Assembly (NCBI GenBank): GCA_965240325.2 | Contig: OZ251233.1 | Location: forward strand, 1,116,001-1,180,000 | Direction: 5' to 3' | Length of the DNA stretch: 64,000 bases | Source: Rebecca billardiae RCC1528 | Taxonomy: Eukaryota > Protista > Haptophyta | Shown here: positions 12,181-23,846 of the stretch, in pieces | Numbering within the stretch: the stretch's first letter is position 1 | How the letters are laid out: each line of letters begins with the position of its first letter | The notes under the pieces: model-generated | The model's input: the letters and a program-made list of their open reading frames with translations, nothing else | Told to the model about the DNA's origin: nothing | Databases searched by the model: none | Program-made: the position numbers and the translations under genes

Positions 12181-12245
12181 GGCGGCGAGCGGGCGGTCCA
12201 GCCACCGAGCCACGCAGACGCCGCGGCCGCTCCCGGTCGGTCCCG

Positions 12246-15200
12246 ATGGCGCGCGCTCCGCCACGTGTCGTGCTGATTGCGTGCGCGCTGGCGCTGTCCG
12301 CGCCAGCGCGCGCGCGGCAGGTCGGCGTCGGCGCGGGCGGCCCCGAGCGCACGCCCAGCCACGTCGAGGCGCTCTCCGCCTGGCGCGGCGGCCGGGACGA
12401 CCGCTCGACCGACCCGGACGCCGTGCGGCCGATCAGCCCGGCGCACGAGGCGTATCTGCACGACTTTGAGCAGTTCCTCGAGACGTTCGCGGCGGAGCTC
12501 GAGAAGGCGTGCACGACGGACAAGGGCGGGCTGTTCGGCGGCGGCGCGTCCAAGAAGGCCCACCTCAAGCCCGACCGCGTCGCGATGCAGCAGGCCTACA
12601 ACCACATGTACGATTGCTATGCCGAGGCGCTCACGCGCGCGCGCACGCCGCAGCAGGTGGTGATGGCGGCGATGCAGGTGCGCGCCGCCGGAGCGCGGGG
12701 CGGCCGAGCGCGGCGCGTTTCGGACCTGCCGCCACTCGCTCGCCGGCCGCGCTGCCTGCGCCCTGCGCCGCCGAGGCCACGCGCGGCGCGCGCGCTCGCT
12801 CACGAGCGCGCGCCGCGACTGCCGCGCGCGCATGCGCCCGCGCGCGCAGGCGGTGAGCGAGGGGAGCCTCCTGCTGAGTGGCGAGGAGGCGCCGGCGGCG
12901 TGCGCCGCGCCCGTCTCGGAGGCGGACCGCGATCGGCTCCGCGCCGTGCACGCGCGCATGACCGCCAAGGACGCAGGGACCGTCAGCACGCGCCTCCGTC
13001 CAGTCCGGAAAGTTTTCGACGCTGTGCTCCTGCCCGGAGTGACGGGGCTGTGCCTCGGGCTGCTGGACGACCACCTGGGCGGCGGCGGGGACGGCGAGCC
13101 CGGCGCGCTGGAGGAGCTCAAGGCGCGCCTCGCAGACGCCGAGGCCTTCGCGGCCAACCTTACTGCCGCGCGGGGCGAGGCAGAGTCTGCTGCGGCCGAG
13201 GCGGTGGCCAGCTCGGAAGCCAGCCTGGCGGAGCTGCACTCGGCGCTGCAGGAGGCGCGGCTGCGCGCGGCGGAGGCGCACGCGAACGCCAAGGCGCGCG
13301 CACGCGCCGCGCGCCGGCCGCGGGCCCGACCCCGCGCCCCCGCCCACGCGCTGCGCTGGCGCGCCTGCCGCCGCCCCGCCTGACTCGCACTGCCGTGCCG
13401 CACTGCGCGCCTGCGCTGTCTGCCACGACCGACCTGGGCTCCCTTCGCGCAGGCGGCGGCGATGGACGAGGTCTCGGCGATGGCCGAGGCGCACGCGCGC
13501 GCCCTCGCCGACGAGAGCGACCGCGCCGAGGCCGCGGCCGCCGAGGCCGACGCCGCGCGCGCCAGCGCGGACGCGGCGCGCGCCGCTCTGGACTCGGCGC
13601 GCGCTGACGCGGCGCGTGCTCGCTCCGAGCTGGCGCAAGCGCGCGCGCAGGCCGCGCAAAGCGCCGAGCGCTGCGCGGCGGCGGAGCAGCAGCTCGCGCA
13701 GGCGCGCCACGCGGCGCACGAGTCGCAGGCCGCCTCGATCGCCGCGCTCCGCGCTGAGCTCGATCAGGCGCGCGCCGAGGCGCAGCGCGCGGCGCACGCG
13801 CTGCAGCGCGAGCGTGATCGCGCCTCGGCCGCGGAGGCGGCGGTGGCTGAGGCGCGCGCCGCCGAGGCCGCGGCGAGCGCCACGGTGGAGGCACTCCGCA
13901 CGCAGCTGGCCGCAGCGAACGAGGTGGCGGCCGCGGCGGCAGCGCTGGAGGAGAGCGCCGCCGCCGTGTCGTCTGGCGCGGCCACGCAGGCTGAGACGAC
14001 GGCAGCGGCCGGCGGCGGCGGCGGCGGCGGCGGCGCGACCGATGGCGCGGCTGCGGCCGCCGCGGCGTCCGACTCGACGGCGGCGGCCCCACCGCTGTCT
14101 GCCAGCACGGAGGCCGAGGAGGACCCGTGGGCGGCGGCCGAGGCGGAGCCCACCGGCGCCGACGGCGCCCCATCCGGCGCTCAGCTGGAGCAGCAGACAC
14201 AGGGCCCGCAGTCGGCCGCGGCGGCGCAGGCGGCTCAGGGTGCCGCAGTGGGCGCGGCGCAGCAGCCCTCGGCCGCGGCGCTCGGCGAGGCCGAGCGTGC
14301 CGAGCTGAGCTCGAAGCTGCGGCACGCGCAGGCGCTCGCGGCGAGCCTGCGCTCGCAGCTCGACGCAGCCACCACCGAGCTCGCGGAGGCGCGCGCCGAG
14401 TGCGCGCGCGCGCAGTCGCGCGCCGACGCGGCCGAGGCCCGCGCACTGGAGGCGGAGTCGGATGCTGCCAGCCGCGCGCGCGCGATGGAGGAGGGCGCGG
14501 GGGCGAGCGCCGAGCGCGTCTCGGCGCTGGAGGCGGAGGTTCGGAGCGCGAGGGCGGAGTGTAACCGCGGCGCGGAGCGCGTGCGCGAGCTCGAGTCCCA
14601 GCTCGCCGCGCGCACGCAGGCGGAGACGGGCGCGTCCGCCGCCGCCACCGCGCCTGCGCCCGCGCCCGCGCCCGCGCGCGCGCCTGCCGGCGCTGACTGG
14701 GGCGCTGGCGTGCCTGGAGGCGTAGCGGCCACCGAGCCGGCGCCCGCCCAGGCCGCGCCCGGCGGCGGCGCGATGGGCGGCGCGGGCGCTCTGGGCGCGG
14801 GCGCGCAGAGCAGCGCCCACGCGCCGTGGCCCCCAGCACGGACCATCACCAGTTCAGGCCCGGCGCTGGGCACCCCTGCTGCAGCCGCTGCGGCGGGCGG
14901 CGCGGCCGACGCGCGCGGCGCGGCGGCCGGGCAGGCCGGTGCGGGCGGCGCGGTCGATCACGGGCTCTCGGCGGCCGGGTTTGCGAGGCCGCCTGCGCCT
15001 CCGGCGTCGCTGGGCTCAGGCGGGCTACCGCTGTCATCGGGCGCCGGGCCGGCGGCGCAGGCGCCCGTGGGCGTTGGCAGCGCCTCGGCAGCGCCGCTGC
15101 CGCCCTCGCCGAGCGCGGCAGGGTCGGCGCAGCCGCCCCCCGGTGCGGGCAGCGGCATGCCGGGCGCGAGTGCCGCCGGCGCGGGCTATGGGTACGGCGG

Positions 15201-15668
15201 AGGCGCGCTCGACGGCGCCAGCGGCGGGACGGGCGGCGGCGCGGGCGCAGCCGGCGCGATGAGCGCGCCCGCGCCCGGCGCGCCACCCAACTCCAACTCC
15301 ATGTCGGAAGTTTCCGAGCGCGTTCGCACGGCCGCGTCCGATGCCTCGCGGCAGACGCTCTCGACGGTCGAGCGGCTGAGGCAGGGGATCGGGCAGTCCA
15401 TCGGCGTGGACAGGCTGAAGGGTTCGGTCGGCTCGATCACAGCGGCCGCGTCCGAGTCGCTCAGCACGGCGGCCATGGAGGCGGGCCGCCACTCGCGATC
15501 CGTCTTTTCGCGCGTGTCGAGCGCGGCGCGCGCCGTGTCCGCGAGCGTCGGCGTGGGCGGCGGCAAGCAGGGCGGCGGCGGTAGCGGCAGCATCAGCGGC
15601 GGGCTGAGTGGCGGCAAGCGCAAGTCGAGCGTGCTTGCGGCGCAGGAGCAGTGGCGAGCGAGCATGGC

Positions 15669-15707
<39 letters not shown>

Positions 15708-15984
15708 AGCCAACGGCGCCGGCCAGACGCCGGGGCACGAGCAGTACGGAGCAGCCGCGGCCCCAGGCTTTGGCGCAGGGCCCACGCCGCCTCCTCCGTC
15801 GGCGCAACACATGGGCGGCGGGGGCTACGCGCCTGGGGGGGCGCCCGCGCCAGCACCCATGCCCGGCTGGGGCAGCAGCGGAGGCAGCGGTGGGCTCGTG
15901 CCTCCCGGATCGGCGGGGCTGGCTGGCGCGGCCTGGCAGCCGGGTGGGGCAGCCACGGGCGGTGGGCCGTCGCGCTCGTCTTAA
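12246..15984 (+). CDS. Hypothetical coiled-coil protein with possible signal peptide and Gly/Pro/Gln-rich C-terminus; predicted exons 12246-12677, 12850-13293, 13453-15984
   Basis: Hydrophobic N-terminus VVLIACALALSA. A phase-0 GT-AG intron (12678-12849) and a probable GC-AG intron (13294-13452) link three ORFs. Long Ala/Glu heptad regions and a poly-Gln tract. Confidence 0.65.
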
Positions 15985-16453
15985 TTAGCACTGCTAGGTC
16001 AGACTGACGACACCACTATACACTCGGTTAAGTGTTAGCCTCGTCGCAGCCCTCGCTAGGCGGCTAGCCAGCGTAGTCAAGTCGCTCACATAGATCTAGA
16101 TATATAGCACTATAGCAGCGCTCGCGTCGTCGACGTCGTCGATCGGAGTGAGAGCCCGTCACTCGTGTCTCGTCAGTACTCTCACTACTTAGTACTTACT
16201 CAGAGTCCGACGAGCGTCCGAGTCATCGGCGCCGCCCGTTACCCCGTAGTCCGAGCACTGGCATCAGCAGACCGTTCACGACGCACCGCTGACTCCGCTC
16301 GGAGCATAACCGGCTGCGCACCGGGCAGCTTTCGGCAGGCAGCCTGGAAGGCGTCGCGCACAAGTTCATTGCATCACTCATCATCGTCATGCGCCGACGG
16401 CAACGCGGTTCAGATTGATGACGACGGCGTATATATATATTGATCTATATCGA

Positions 16454-17154
16454 TCAGGAGTATGCGATGTACGCGGTGAGCAGAGCAATCGGCGCACAAA
16501 TGTAGAGCGTCTCCTTGGTCTTGAACGCCTTCGTATGGATCTGCGTAAGCGAAAAGGGCGCGCAGACCCGACAGATTCAGTCAAGCCGCGAGGCTGCCAG
16601 CGCGCGACATGCACGTGGCGCGGTCGGCGCAGCCACTGCACTGGCGCGCACACCTCGTAAGCCTGCATTGCGAGGCTCGTGACCCACACAAGCGTCAAGT
16701 ACTTGAGCAGGTCGACATCACCGACACCAAACTGGTACTTGCAGAAGTACAGGAGGCCAACGTGCCACAGGAGCGCCAAGCCAAACCACTGCGCGACAAC
16801 GGCCGCAGGTCGGTTGGGTCGCCGGGCGCGCACGCGCAATCCAAGGGTGGGGTCGTTGGCGTTGGGGGGACGCATGCGGGCTGGTAGGCGCGCAGCATAC
16901 GCAGCTACCTTCGTCCACGGCGACGCAGCGAGCCCGTAGTACTTGGCGGACGGGTTGGTGAGCGACGGGAAGGCCATTTCCACAACATACAGGCCCGAGA
17001 CGATGAGGTTAATGATGACCATCGTGTTCGCGTCGAGCGGGCCGATCGATCCACCACCGCGGAGGGCGACGAGCGAGCTAGAGACCTTGGTGGCGCCACT
17101 CACGAGCGACGTCCGGGTCGCGGCAGAGGCGAGCGCGGGCAGGCCGGCGACCAT
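16454..17154 (-). CDS. Small multi-pass membrane protein (about 4 TM); predicted exons 17154-16909, 16788-16654, 16540-16454
   Basis: GT-AG introns 16908-16789 and 16653-16541. The spliced product has four hydrophobic segments and ends ...ETLYICAPIALLTAYIAYS*. The leader contains LRGG. Confidence 0.6.
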
Positions 17155-17435
17155 GGTGCGCGTGAATGCGACGGCGGCGGCGGCGGCGGCGTCGGTCGGT
17201 CGGCTGGGCGGCCGTGAGTTTGCAACCCGTCCGGCCGCCGGTTTGATGGCCCTCATTTTCAATTTTGGACGGCCGGTGGCGAAGCCAACGGCTTCGTTCG
17301 ATCGTAATAAGTGACGACGCACATGGCGCCCGCTCCATCAACATCGATCGCGCCGCATCTGCATGGCTGCATTCCACCTTGGCTCGTGCGGAGTGCAGCC
17401 GAGGGACGTCGCGGCGCGCGGCGCCTGCGTGGCGC

Positions 17436-19070
17436 TCACTTGTCCTCGTTCGAGTGCATCAGCATCTCGCGGTTGTCATACGCCCAGAAGCCGTTCACGT
17501 CGGTGAGCATGCTCACGATGGTGTCGCCCACCTTGCACGCAACCAGGTCCTCGAGCGTGATGCACAGGGGCGACGCCGGCTTCACCATGTCGAAGATCTC
17601 GTCCTTCACGTCCTCCGCGACCACCGGCTCGTGCCCCGCGTCCCGCGACCCCTCGACCACCGCGCGGAAGAAGTAGTTGATGTCGAAGACCTCGAGCCGG
17701 CCGAGCTTGCGCACGTCGAGCAGCCGGAAGAAGTACGCGAGGCTCTCGTTCGTCTTCTTGTACCACGTCGCGAGCACAAAGTCGAGGTACGTCTTGTAGT
17801 CGATCTCGCCGTCGTACGTCTGGCACTCCTGGAAGAGGTTGTCGATGAACGGCTTGGTCAGCCCACCGCCGCCGTAGTGCGCGAGCTCGGAGGGCGAGAG
17901 CATGCCGTTCTGATCCGTGTCGAGCGTGAGGTACTCGCCGTAGACGGCGAGCGCCGTCTGCTGCGAGAACCAGTTGTTCTTGTGCTCCTCCTCGGAGAGC
18001 GCCTCGCGCTTGAGCTCGAAGAGCTCGTTCAGGATCGGCGAGGCCAGCATGTCGCGGATGCGGATGTGCCCGCGCCGCTTTGGGTCGAGGAAGAAGCAAA
18101 ACTTGCGCACGGCCGAGCACAGGTAGAACGGGGTGAACGACTCCTGCAGCCCGTTGAGCGCGGGTAGCGAGGGCAGCAGCTCGAGGAGGTACGACTCGAG
18201 CTGCCCCTCCGTCAGCTTACCCGTCCCCGCCGTGTCGTGCATCGAGATCTCCAGCCGCGTCTGCAGCAGCGACGAGCGGCGCAGCACCCACTGGAAGTAC
18301 GGCGTGACTGCGATCCGCCCGCGCGCGTCGATCGGAAACTTCAGGAAGTGCGACGCGCGCATGTACGCGTGCCGCGTGCCCTCGCCCATGCGCGAGGCGA
18401 CCAGGCAGAACGCGTCGTAGTCGATGCACAGCTCGGGCACGCCTTCGCCACTCGCGCCCGCCGGCGCGGCCGAGCCATCGCCACCGCCCGCACCGCCGCC
18501 TCCGCCGCCTCCGCCGCCGCCGCCGCCGCTCCCACTGCTGCCAGCACCACGCTCGTCGCCCGGCCCGGCGTCGGGCGCGGTGGTGGCGGCGTGCGTGTCC
18601 GTCATCGAGTGCTGCGTCAGCAGCTGCCACAGCCTCTCCAGCTGCTCCTTGTCGAGCACCTGCGAGGCCTTGCGCTCGAGCATGCGCGCGCGCGCGGCTG
18701 CGAGGAGCTTTTGGCGCGCGAGCGTCGCGTTGCCCCCGCGCTCATCTGCGGGCAACGGTGCGTGCGTGGCAGCCGCGGGCTCACTGGGTCTGAAGTAAAA
18801 GCGCGGGATTTGCGCGAGCGTCGGATCCTTCGCGGTCTCTGCCTGCTGCTTCTCGCGCCACAGCCGTCGGAGGTGCTCTTGCGTGTCGCGCTCTGCGCGG
18901 CGCGCGGTTGCGGCCGGGCGGGCGGCCACCGACGCACTCAGAGGGGGGCGCGGCGCAGCACGCGCGACGTCACGCGGCGCGGCGCGCGCACCGATCTGCT
19001 CGTCGGTCGGAGCCGCGCCCCCGTGCTTCTCGTTGAAGGCTCTCAAAGCTGCGAACGGGTCCGCCGCCAT
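17436..19070 (-). CDS. PPP2R3C: Protein phosphatase 2A regulatory subunit B'' gamma-like (EF-hand)
   Basis: IPRFYF, AVRKFCFFLDPKRRGHIRIRDML, NWFS...YGEYLTLDTDQNGMLS and EDVKDEIFDMVKP motifs. One predicted in-frame 99-bp intron at 18991-18893. Confidence 0.85.
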   Translation of the reverse strand: MAADPFAALRAFNEKHGGAAPTDEQIGARAAPRDVARAAPRPPLSASVAARPAATARRAERDTQEHLRRLWREKQQAETAKDPTLAQIPRFYFRPSEPAAATHAPLPADERGGNATLARQKLLAAARARMLERKASQVLDKEQLERLWQLLTQHSMTDTHAATTAPDAGPGDERGAGSSGSGGGGGGGGGGGGAGGGDGSAAPAGASGEGVPELCIDYDAFCLVASRMGEGTRHAYMRASHFLKFPIDARGRIAVTPYFQWVLRRSSLLQTRLEISMHDTAGTGKLTEGQLESYLLELLPSLPALNGLQESFTPFYLCSAVRKFCFFLDPKRRGHIRIRDMLASPILNELFELKREALSEEEHKNNWFSQQTALAVYGEYLTLDTDQNGMLSPSELAHYGGGGLTKPFIDNLFQECQTYDGEIDYKTYLDFVLATWYKKTNESLAYFFRLLDVRKLGRLEVFDINYFFRAVVEGSRDAGHEPVVAEDVKDEIFDMVKPASPLCITLEDLVACKVGDTIVSMLTDVNGFWAYDNREMLMHSNEDK

Positions 19071-19292
19071 GCTGTTTGAAGTGCGGGCTGGGAACGCACA
19101 CGCAAAGTACGCAACCGAGGGTTGCCGACCGAGGGTGGCGGCGGCGGCCGAAGCCGCGCCGTGCTCGCTGTCGGACGTGGACGCCACCGGGCACCGGTGG
19201 GACGGCGGATACGCCTCGCCCGAGGCGCCCGAGCGAGGTCGTAGCGTCTGCCAGCCAGCGCCGGGCGGCAGGGCCGCCGGCGCGCGGCCGCG

Positions 19293-21608
19293 ATGCCCGA
19301 CCTGCTGGCGCCGCACGTGCTGCGCAACCTCGGGCAGAAGGAGTACGACAAGCGCAAGGGCGCGGCGCTGGAGATTGAGCAGGCGATCCAGGAGCTGCGC
19401 GACGCCGGGCAGGGGGAGCGCGTGGACGAGATGGTCGCGTACATCGTGCGCGAGCTCGCCGTCTCGCCGCAGCCCAACCTGCGCAAGGGCGCGCTGCACG
19501 CGCTCGCGGGCGCGGCGATCGGCTTGCGAGAGGACCTCCCGCGTTTCCTGCCGGATCTGCTGCCGCCAGTGCTCGCGTCGTTCGTCGACCCGGACTGCCG
19601 CGTGCGGTACTACGCGTGCGAGTCGCTGTACAACATCGCGAAGGTCGGCCGCGCCTCGTGCGTGCCGCACTTCAACGACATCTTCGAGGCGCTCTTCAAG
19701 CTGTCGGCCGACACCGACCTCGGCGTGCAGAACGGGTTCCAGCTGCTCGACCGGCTGATGAAGGACATCGTCGCGGAGTCGGAGGCGTTCGACATCGGCG
19801 CGTTCATGCCGCTCCTCCGCCGCCGCATCTTCGTCACCAACTCGTACACGCGCCAGTTCCTGATTGGGTGGATCGCGATCCTGGACTCCGTGCCTGACAT
19901 TGACATGCTGCAGCACCTCCCGGACTTCTTCGACGGGCTGTTCCACATGCTCTCCGACCTGAACAAGGAGATCCGGCAGCAGGCGTACGCGGTGCTCTAC
20001 GACTTCCTGCAGGAGATCAAGTCCGCGCCGCAGATGAACTTCGAGCCGATCGTGGCGATCCTCGTGCAGCACTGCGCGAGCCGCGATCGCTTCTCGCGAC
20101 TGACGGCGCTCACGTGGCTCCACTCGTTCATCGCGCTGGGGAAGGAGCAGCTGCTGCCGTTCTCGCCGCAGCTGCTCGGCGCGGTGCTCAAGTCGATCTC
20201 GCACCCCGAGGAGGAGATCCGCGACGCCGCCGCCTCCACCGACCGCGCGCTGCGCGCGCTGCTGCAGACGGCCGGCCGCACGTACGACGTCCGCGCCGTG
20301 CTCGCGATGCTCGTCCGGCACGTGCGCGCCGAGCACGTGCGCACGCGGCTCACGGCGCTGGGCTGGATCACGATGCTGCTGGCGCAGTGCCCGAGCGAGC
20401 TGCTCGCCGCGGCCGACGAGCTGTGGCCCTCGCTTCTCGACACGCTCGGCGACGAGGCCGAGGAGGTCGTCCACCTCGACATCGAGGTGATCGCGAGGCT
20501 CGCGGCGCAGCGCGACTATTTCGGGATCGCGCTCGGCAAGCTGGTCGGCCGCTTCGCCGAGCGGCGCGAGCTGCTCGAGGCGCGCGCGCCGCTGATCCTG
20601 CGCCAGCTCTCCTCGCTGCTCCAGCCGCGCCGCGTGTACTGCGAGCTCGCCACGATCATCGGCCGCTCCGACGACCTGCCGTTCTGCGCGCTGATGGTAC
20701 AGACGCTCAATGGCATCTTGCACACCTCGCCCGCGCTCAGCGGCTTGCGCGACGTGCTCCGAACGACGATGGGCTCAAAGGAGGGCGCGGCGCTCTTCCT
20801 CGACCTCTACCCCGCGTGGTGCCACTCGCCCGTCGCCGTGCTCTCGCTGTGCCTGCTCGCACAGGTCCGCCACGCCGCGCGCGCGGCGCATGCGCGCGCA
20901 AACACTCGCTCCTCGGGGGCCAGTCACGCGACCCGTCGGCTGCGCGGCGCGCGCGCGTCCTGCCGGGCCGGGCGCGCGCGCGCGTGCGCGCCGCGCGCCG
21001 CCCGGCCTCGCCATCGCGCGATCGCGCTCACCGCTCCGCGCGCGGGCCCGCGCGGCGCAGGCGTACGAGCACGCGTCCGAGCTGATCACCATCTTCTCGA
21101 CGCTCGAGCTCACCGTCGACTTTCTGCTACAGCTCGACAGGCTGGTTCAGCTGATCGAGTCGCCCGTCTTTGCGCAGATGCGGCTGCAGCTGCTCGAGCC
21201 CGAGCGCCATCCGTACCTGGTGAAGGCGCTGTACGGGCTGCTCATGCTGCTGCCGCAGGTGCGCGCGGCGTCGCCGGCGGCCCGACCGCGCGCGGGGCTC
21301 GACGCTCACGTGCCCGCGCGCCCGCGCGCCCCGCCCTGCGGCAGAGCGGGGCCTTCCAGACTCTGCAGCAGCGGCTGAGCGCCGTGCCGCAGCTCGGGCT
21401 GCTGCGGCTCAACCTCGGGTACGCGCGCGACAAGCGCGGCGACGGCGCGCAAAAGCCGCCGCGCCAGCTCGACTTTGCCGCGCTGCAGCGCACGTTCGAG
21501 TCCGTGCAGGCGCGCTACCGCGAGCAGAGCCAGTCGTCGCAGGAGCGCGAGCGGCTTGACATCGTCGCGAGCGCGCTCGACGTGCCGGCCACTGAGCCGG
21601 ACAAGTGA
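19293..21608 (+). CDS. VAC14: VAC14 (HEAT-repeat scaffold of the PIKfyve/Fab1 complex); exons 19293-20864, 21061-21258, 21345-21608
   Basis: [44 protein letters not shown]|[29 protein letters not shown] and [10 protein letters not shown]|SGAFQTL; two GT-AG introns. Confidence 0.95.
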   Translation: MPDLLAPHVLRNLGQKEYDKRKGAALEIEQAIQELRDAGQGERVDEMVAYIVRELAVSPQPNLRKGALHALAGAAIGLREDLPRFLPDLLPPVLASFVDPDCRVRYYACESLYNIAKVGRASCVPHFNDIFEALFKLSADTDLGVQNGFQLLDRLMKDIVAESEAFDIGAFMPLLRRRIFVTNSYTRQFLIGWIAILDSVPDIDMLQHLPDFFDGLFHMLSDLNKEIRQQAYAVLYDFLQEIKSAPQMNFEPIVAILVQHCASRDRFSRLTALTWLHSFIALGKEQLLPFSPQLLGAVLKSISHPEEEIRDAAASTDRALRALLQTAGRTYDVRAVLAMLVRHVRAEHVRTRLTALGWITMLLAQCPSELLAAADELWPSLLDTLGDEAEEVVHLDIEVIARLAAQRDYFGIALGKLVGRFAERRELLEARAPLILRQLSSLLQPRRVYCELATIIGRSDDLPFCALMVQTLNGILHTSPALSGLRDVLRTTMGSKEGAALFLDLYPAWCHSPVAVLSLCLLAQVRHAARAAHARANTRSSGASHATRRLRGARASCRAGRARACAPRAARPRHRAIALTAPRAGPRGAGVRARVRADHHLLDARAHRRLSATARQAGSADRVARLCADAAAAARARAPSVPGEGAVRAAHAAAAGARGVAGGPTARGARRSRARAPARPALRQSGAFQTLQQRLSAVPQLGLLRLNLGYARDKRGDGAQKPPRQLDFAALQRTFESVQARYREQSQSSQERERLDIVASALDVPATEPDK

Positions 21609-21856
21609 GCAGCCGTGCACCCGTGCCTGTGGGCGTGATGGGCGCATGATCACTTCTTGCTTTAGTGTCAATTGATGCTTGTCGCCAGGACTGCTCCTGG
21701 CATATATATATACATGACACTACTGCTGAGCCTGATGGCTGATTAGGTATACCATTACCAACTAACTACTCGACCGTACCGCGCCGTCCGTCATCAATAT
21801 AATTATTTATATATATATATATATATATATCGTAGTCAGTATATTGAGTAGCTATG

Positions 21857-21857
<1 letters not shown>

Positions 21858-21927
<70 letters not shown>
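21858..21927. repeat. (CT)n microsatellite
   Basis: About 35 CT units between convergent genes, with a (TA)n tract just upstream. Confidence 0.95.
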
Positions 21928-21931
<4 letters not shown>

Positions 21932-22010
21932 ACGCTTCGATCTGGACCGCCGCCAGTCATCAATTTGAATCACTCATCAATCACGTATATATACGCGACT
22001 CCTCAGTCCC

Positions 22011-23786
22011 TCACGCACCGCCGGCAGCCGCATCGCTGTCGTCACGCCTCCTGCCGGCGAGTGCATCCAACAGATTGACGCGCATGCGTGCTCCGATGCT
22101 GGCGGCTGGTACGGCGGGCCCCGTCGAGCGGGCCGGGCCTCGACAGACGCGCTCCGCTTCGCATCGCCACAGGGTACGCAGCTCGGCCGCGCGCACGACC
22201 TCGGCGGCGACTTGCCGCGTGGCGGAGGACCACTCCGCCGGCTGGACTTGGAGGCGCTCCGCGCGGTCACGCTCGTCGAACGCGCCGGCGCGCACCTCCG
22301 CCGAGCCGTTGTGGTACAGCACCTTCCACCGCTGCCGCGCAATCTCCGCCTGCATCTCGTGCAATCTCGCGCGATCTCGCTCGTACAGATCGCGCAGCAC
22401 GTCCAGAGGGTTCGGCGGGAGCGGCGACAGCTTCGCTTTCACGGCCGCCGCGTACGCGACGACGGCGCGCGGGTCGACCGAGACCGAGATGTTCTCCCAC
22501 GGCACCCCATGCCCCTCGCCCACGCCCGCCCCGGCCGGCTGCGGCTGAAACGGCAGGAACTCGAGGGGTACCAGGAAGACCGGAATGGACACGGCGGCGA
22601 GCGCGTCGTGCACGCGCGCGGACGTGACCGCGTCACCGGGCGGGACGATGGTGAAGAGCGTGCTCGCGTACTCGGCCGCGATGGCGCGCATCGCGGCCCA
22701 GGGGTCGGCCACGAAGTCCGGCATGGCTGGCAGCGCGCCCACCGCCGGCTCGCCCGCCGCCGTCGGCGCTCGCAGCCGCGAGAGGGCGACGGCCACAGCG
22801 GCGCGCACAGTCGCCGGCCGCGGGTCGGCTGGCGGCTGGCTGCCGCGCGCGATGGCCGCGGCTGCCTCGGCTGAGGTGGCGCAGTAGTGCTCGCGCACGG
22901 TGTGCGGGTTGTCCCACCGGTGGCACTTTTTCGTGCCCTCCCCCACCTGCGTCGCCAGCTTCGTCTTCGACGCGCGCAGCTCGGACGCGCTGCCTCTGAA
23001 GAGAAATGCTGTGACGGGAATGTAGTGGGGGGCCACGACGATGCGGCCGGTGGCGACGTCGTCGCGCCAGCGCGCGGTGCGGCCCTCCGTGGCGATGAGG
23101 ATCGAGCGCGCGAGCCGCGCGTACACCGAGCGCCCCGCCTCGGGGATCCCCCGCGCCTCCGAGCACTCCCAAGCCACCCGCGGCAGATCTGCCGAGTAAT
23201 GCGGTAAGGCATGCAGGTGCTCTCGGCCCGGCCACGAGGGCTGGCTGAAGAGCCAGCTGAGCGCGCGCTCGTACGTGGGGCAGGTGATCCAGGGCGTGTA
23301 CGCCTTGGGGTCCGCCAGGCAGCTCGTGTTCGCCGCGTCGAACGCCCCCTGCGCGCGCCACGCGTGGAGCGATCCCTTGAGGCTCATCAGTGGGAATTTG
23401 CGGTTCTGATGACGCGACTTGCGCAGGTCGTGGGCGGCGCAGAGCAAGAAGGGCGCGATCGGGAAGAAGGAGATGACGCGCTCCGCGTCCGCCGCGAGCG
23501 GCACCGGACTCGGCCCGCGCGGCACCCACTTGGGCAGCACCTTGGGCAGCTCGTGCGCGAGCACGTGCTCGACACCGCCGACGTCGTACGGCACGGCCGA
23601 CGGGCCGCTGCGCAGCGCTAGGCGGTAGCGCTGCGCCGCGCCGCTCGGCAGGCCGAGCTCCTTGAGCGGCACCTCGTAGGTGTGTAGCACCCACGGCTCG
23701 GCCGCGCCCGCGCCGCCCGCACCCGCGCCGCCCGCGACGGCGGAGAGGCCGGCGAGGAGCGCCCCCAGACGCATCAAGACCGCCAT
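22011..23786 (-). CDS. Exostosin-family (GT47) glycosyltransferase-like protein
   Basis: N-terminal signal or anchor; YASTLFTIVPPGDAVTSARVHDALAAVSIPVFL...LPF...VPWENISV matches the GT47 C-terminal consensus. Confidence 0.75.
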   Translation of the reverse strand: MAVLMRLGALLAGLSAVAGGAGAGGAGAAEPWVLHTYEVPLKELGLPSGAAQRYRLALRSGPSAVPYDVGGVEHVLAHELPKVLPKWVPRGPSPVPLAADAERVISFFPIAPFLLCAAHDLRKSRHQNRKFPLMSLKGSLHAWRAQGAFDAANTSCLADPKAYTPWITCPTYERALSWLFSQPSWPGREHLHALPHYSADLPRVAWECSEARGIPEAGRSVYARLARSILIATEGRTARWRDDVATGRIVVAPHYIPVTAFLFRGSASELRASKTKLATQVGEGTKKCHRWDNPHTVREHYCATSAEAAAAIARGSQPPADPRPATVRAAVAVALSRLRAPTAAGEPAVGALPAMPDFVADPWAAMRAIAAEYASTLFTIVPPGDAVTSARVHDALAAVSIPVFLVPLEFLPFQPQPAGAGVGEGHGVPWENISVSVDPRAVVAYAAAVKAKLSPLPPNPLDVLRDLYERDRARLHEMQAEIARQRWKVLYHNGSAEVRAGAFDERDRAERLQVQPAEWSSATRQVAAEVVRAAELRTLWRCEAERVCRGPARSTGPAVPAASIGARMRVNLLDALAGRRRDDSDAAAGGA

Positions 23787-23846
23787 CGCGATTTACCGTC
23801 GCGGTAAAATCTGAGCAGGTGAAATCTGAGTGAACTGCATGCAGAC

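Noticed and set aside
19071-20723. N-terminal half of the 1095-aa minus-strand ORF as part of PP2A B''
   Set aside because: It is the antisense shadow of VAC14; PP2A-like sequence begins at ATG 19070.
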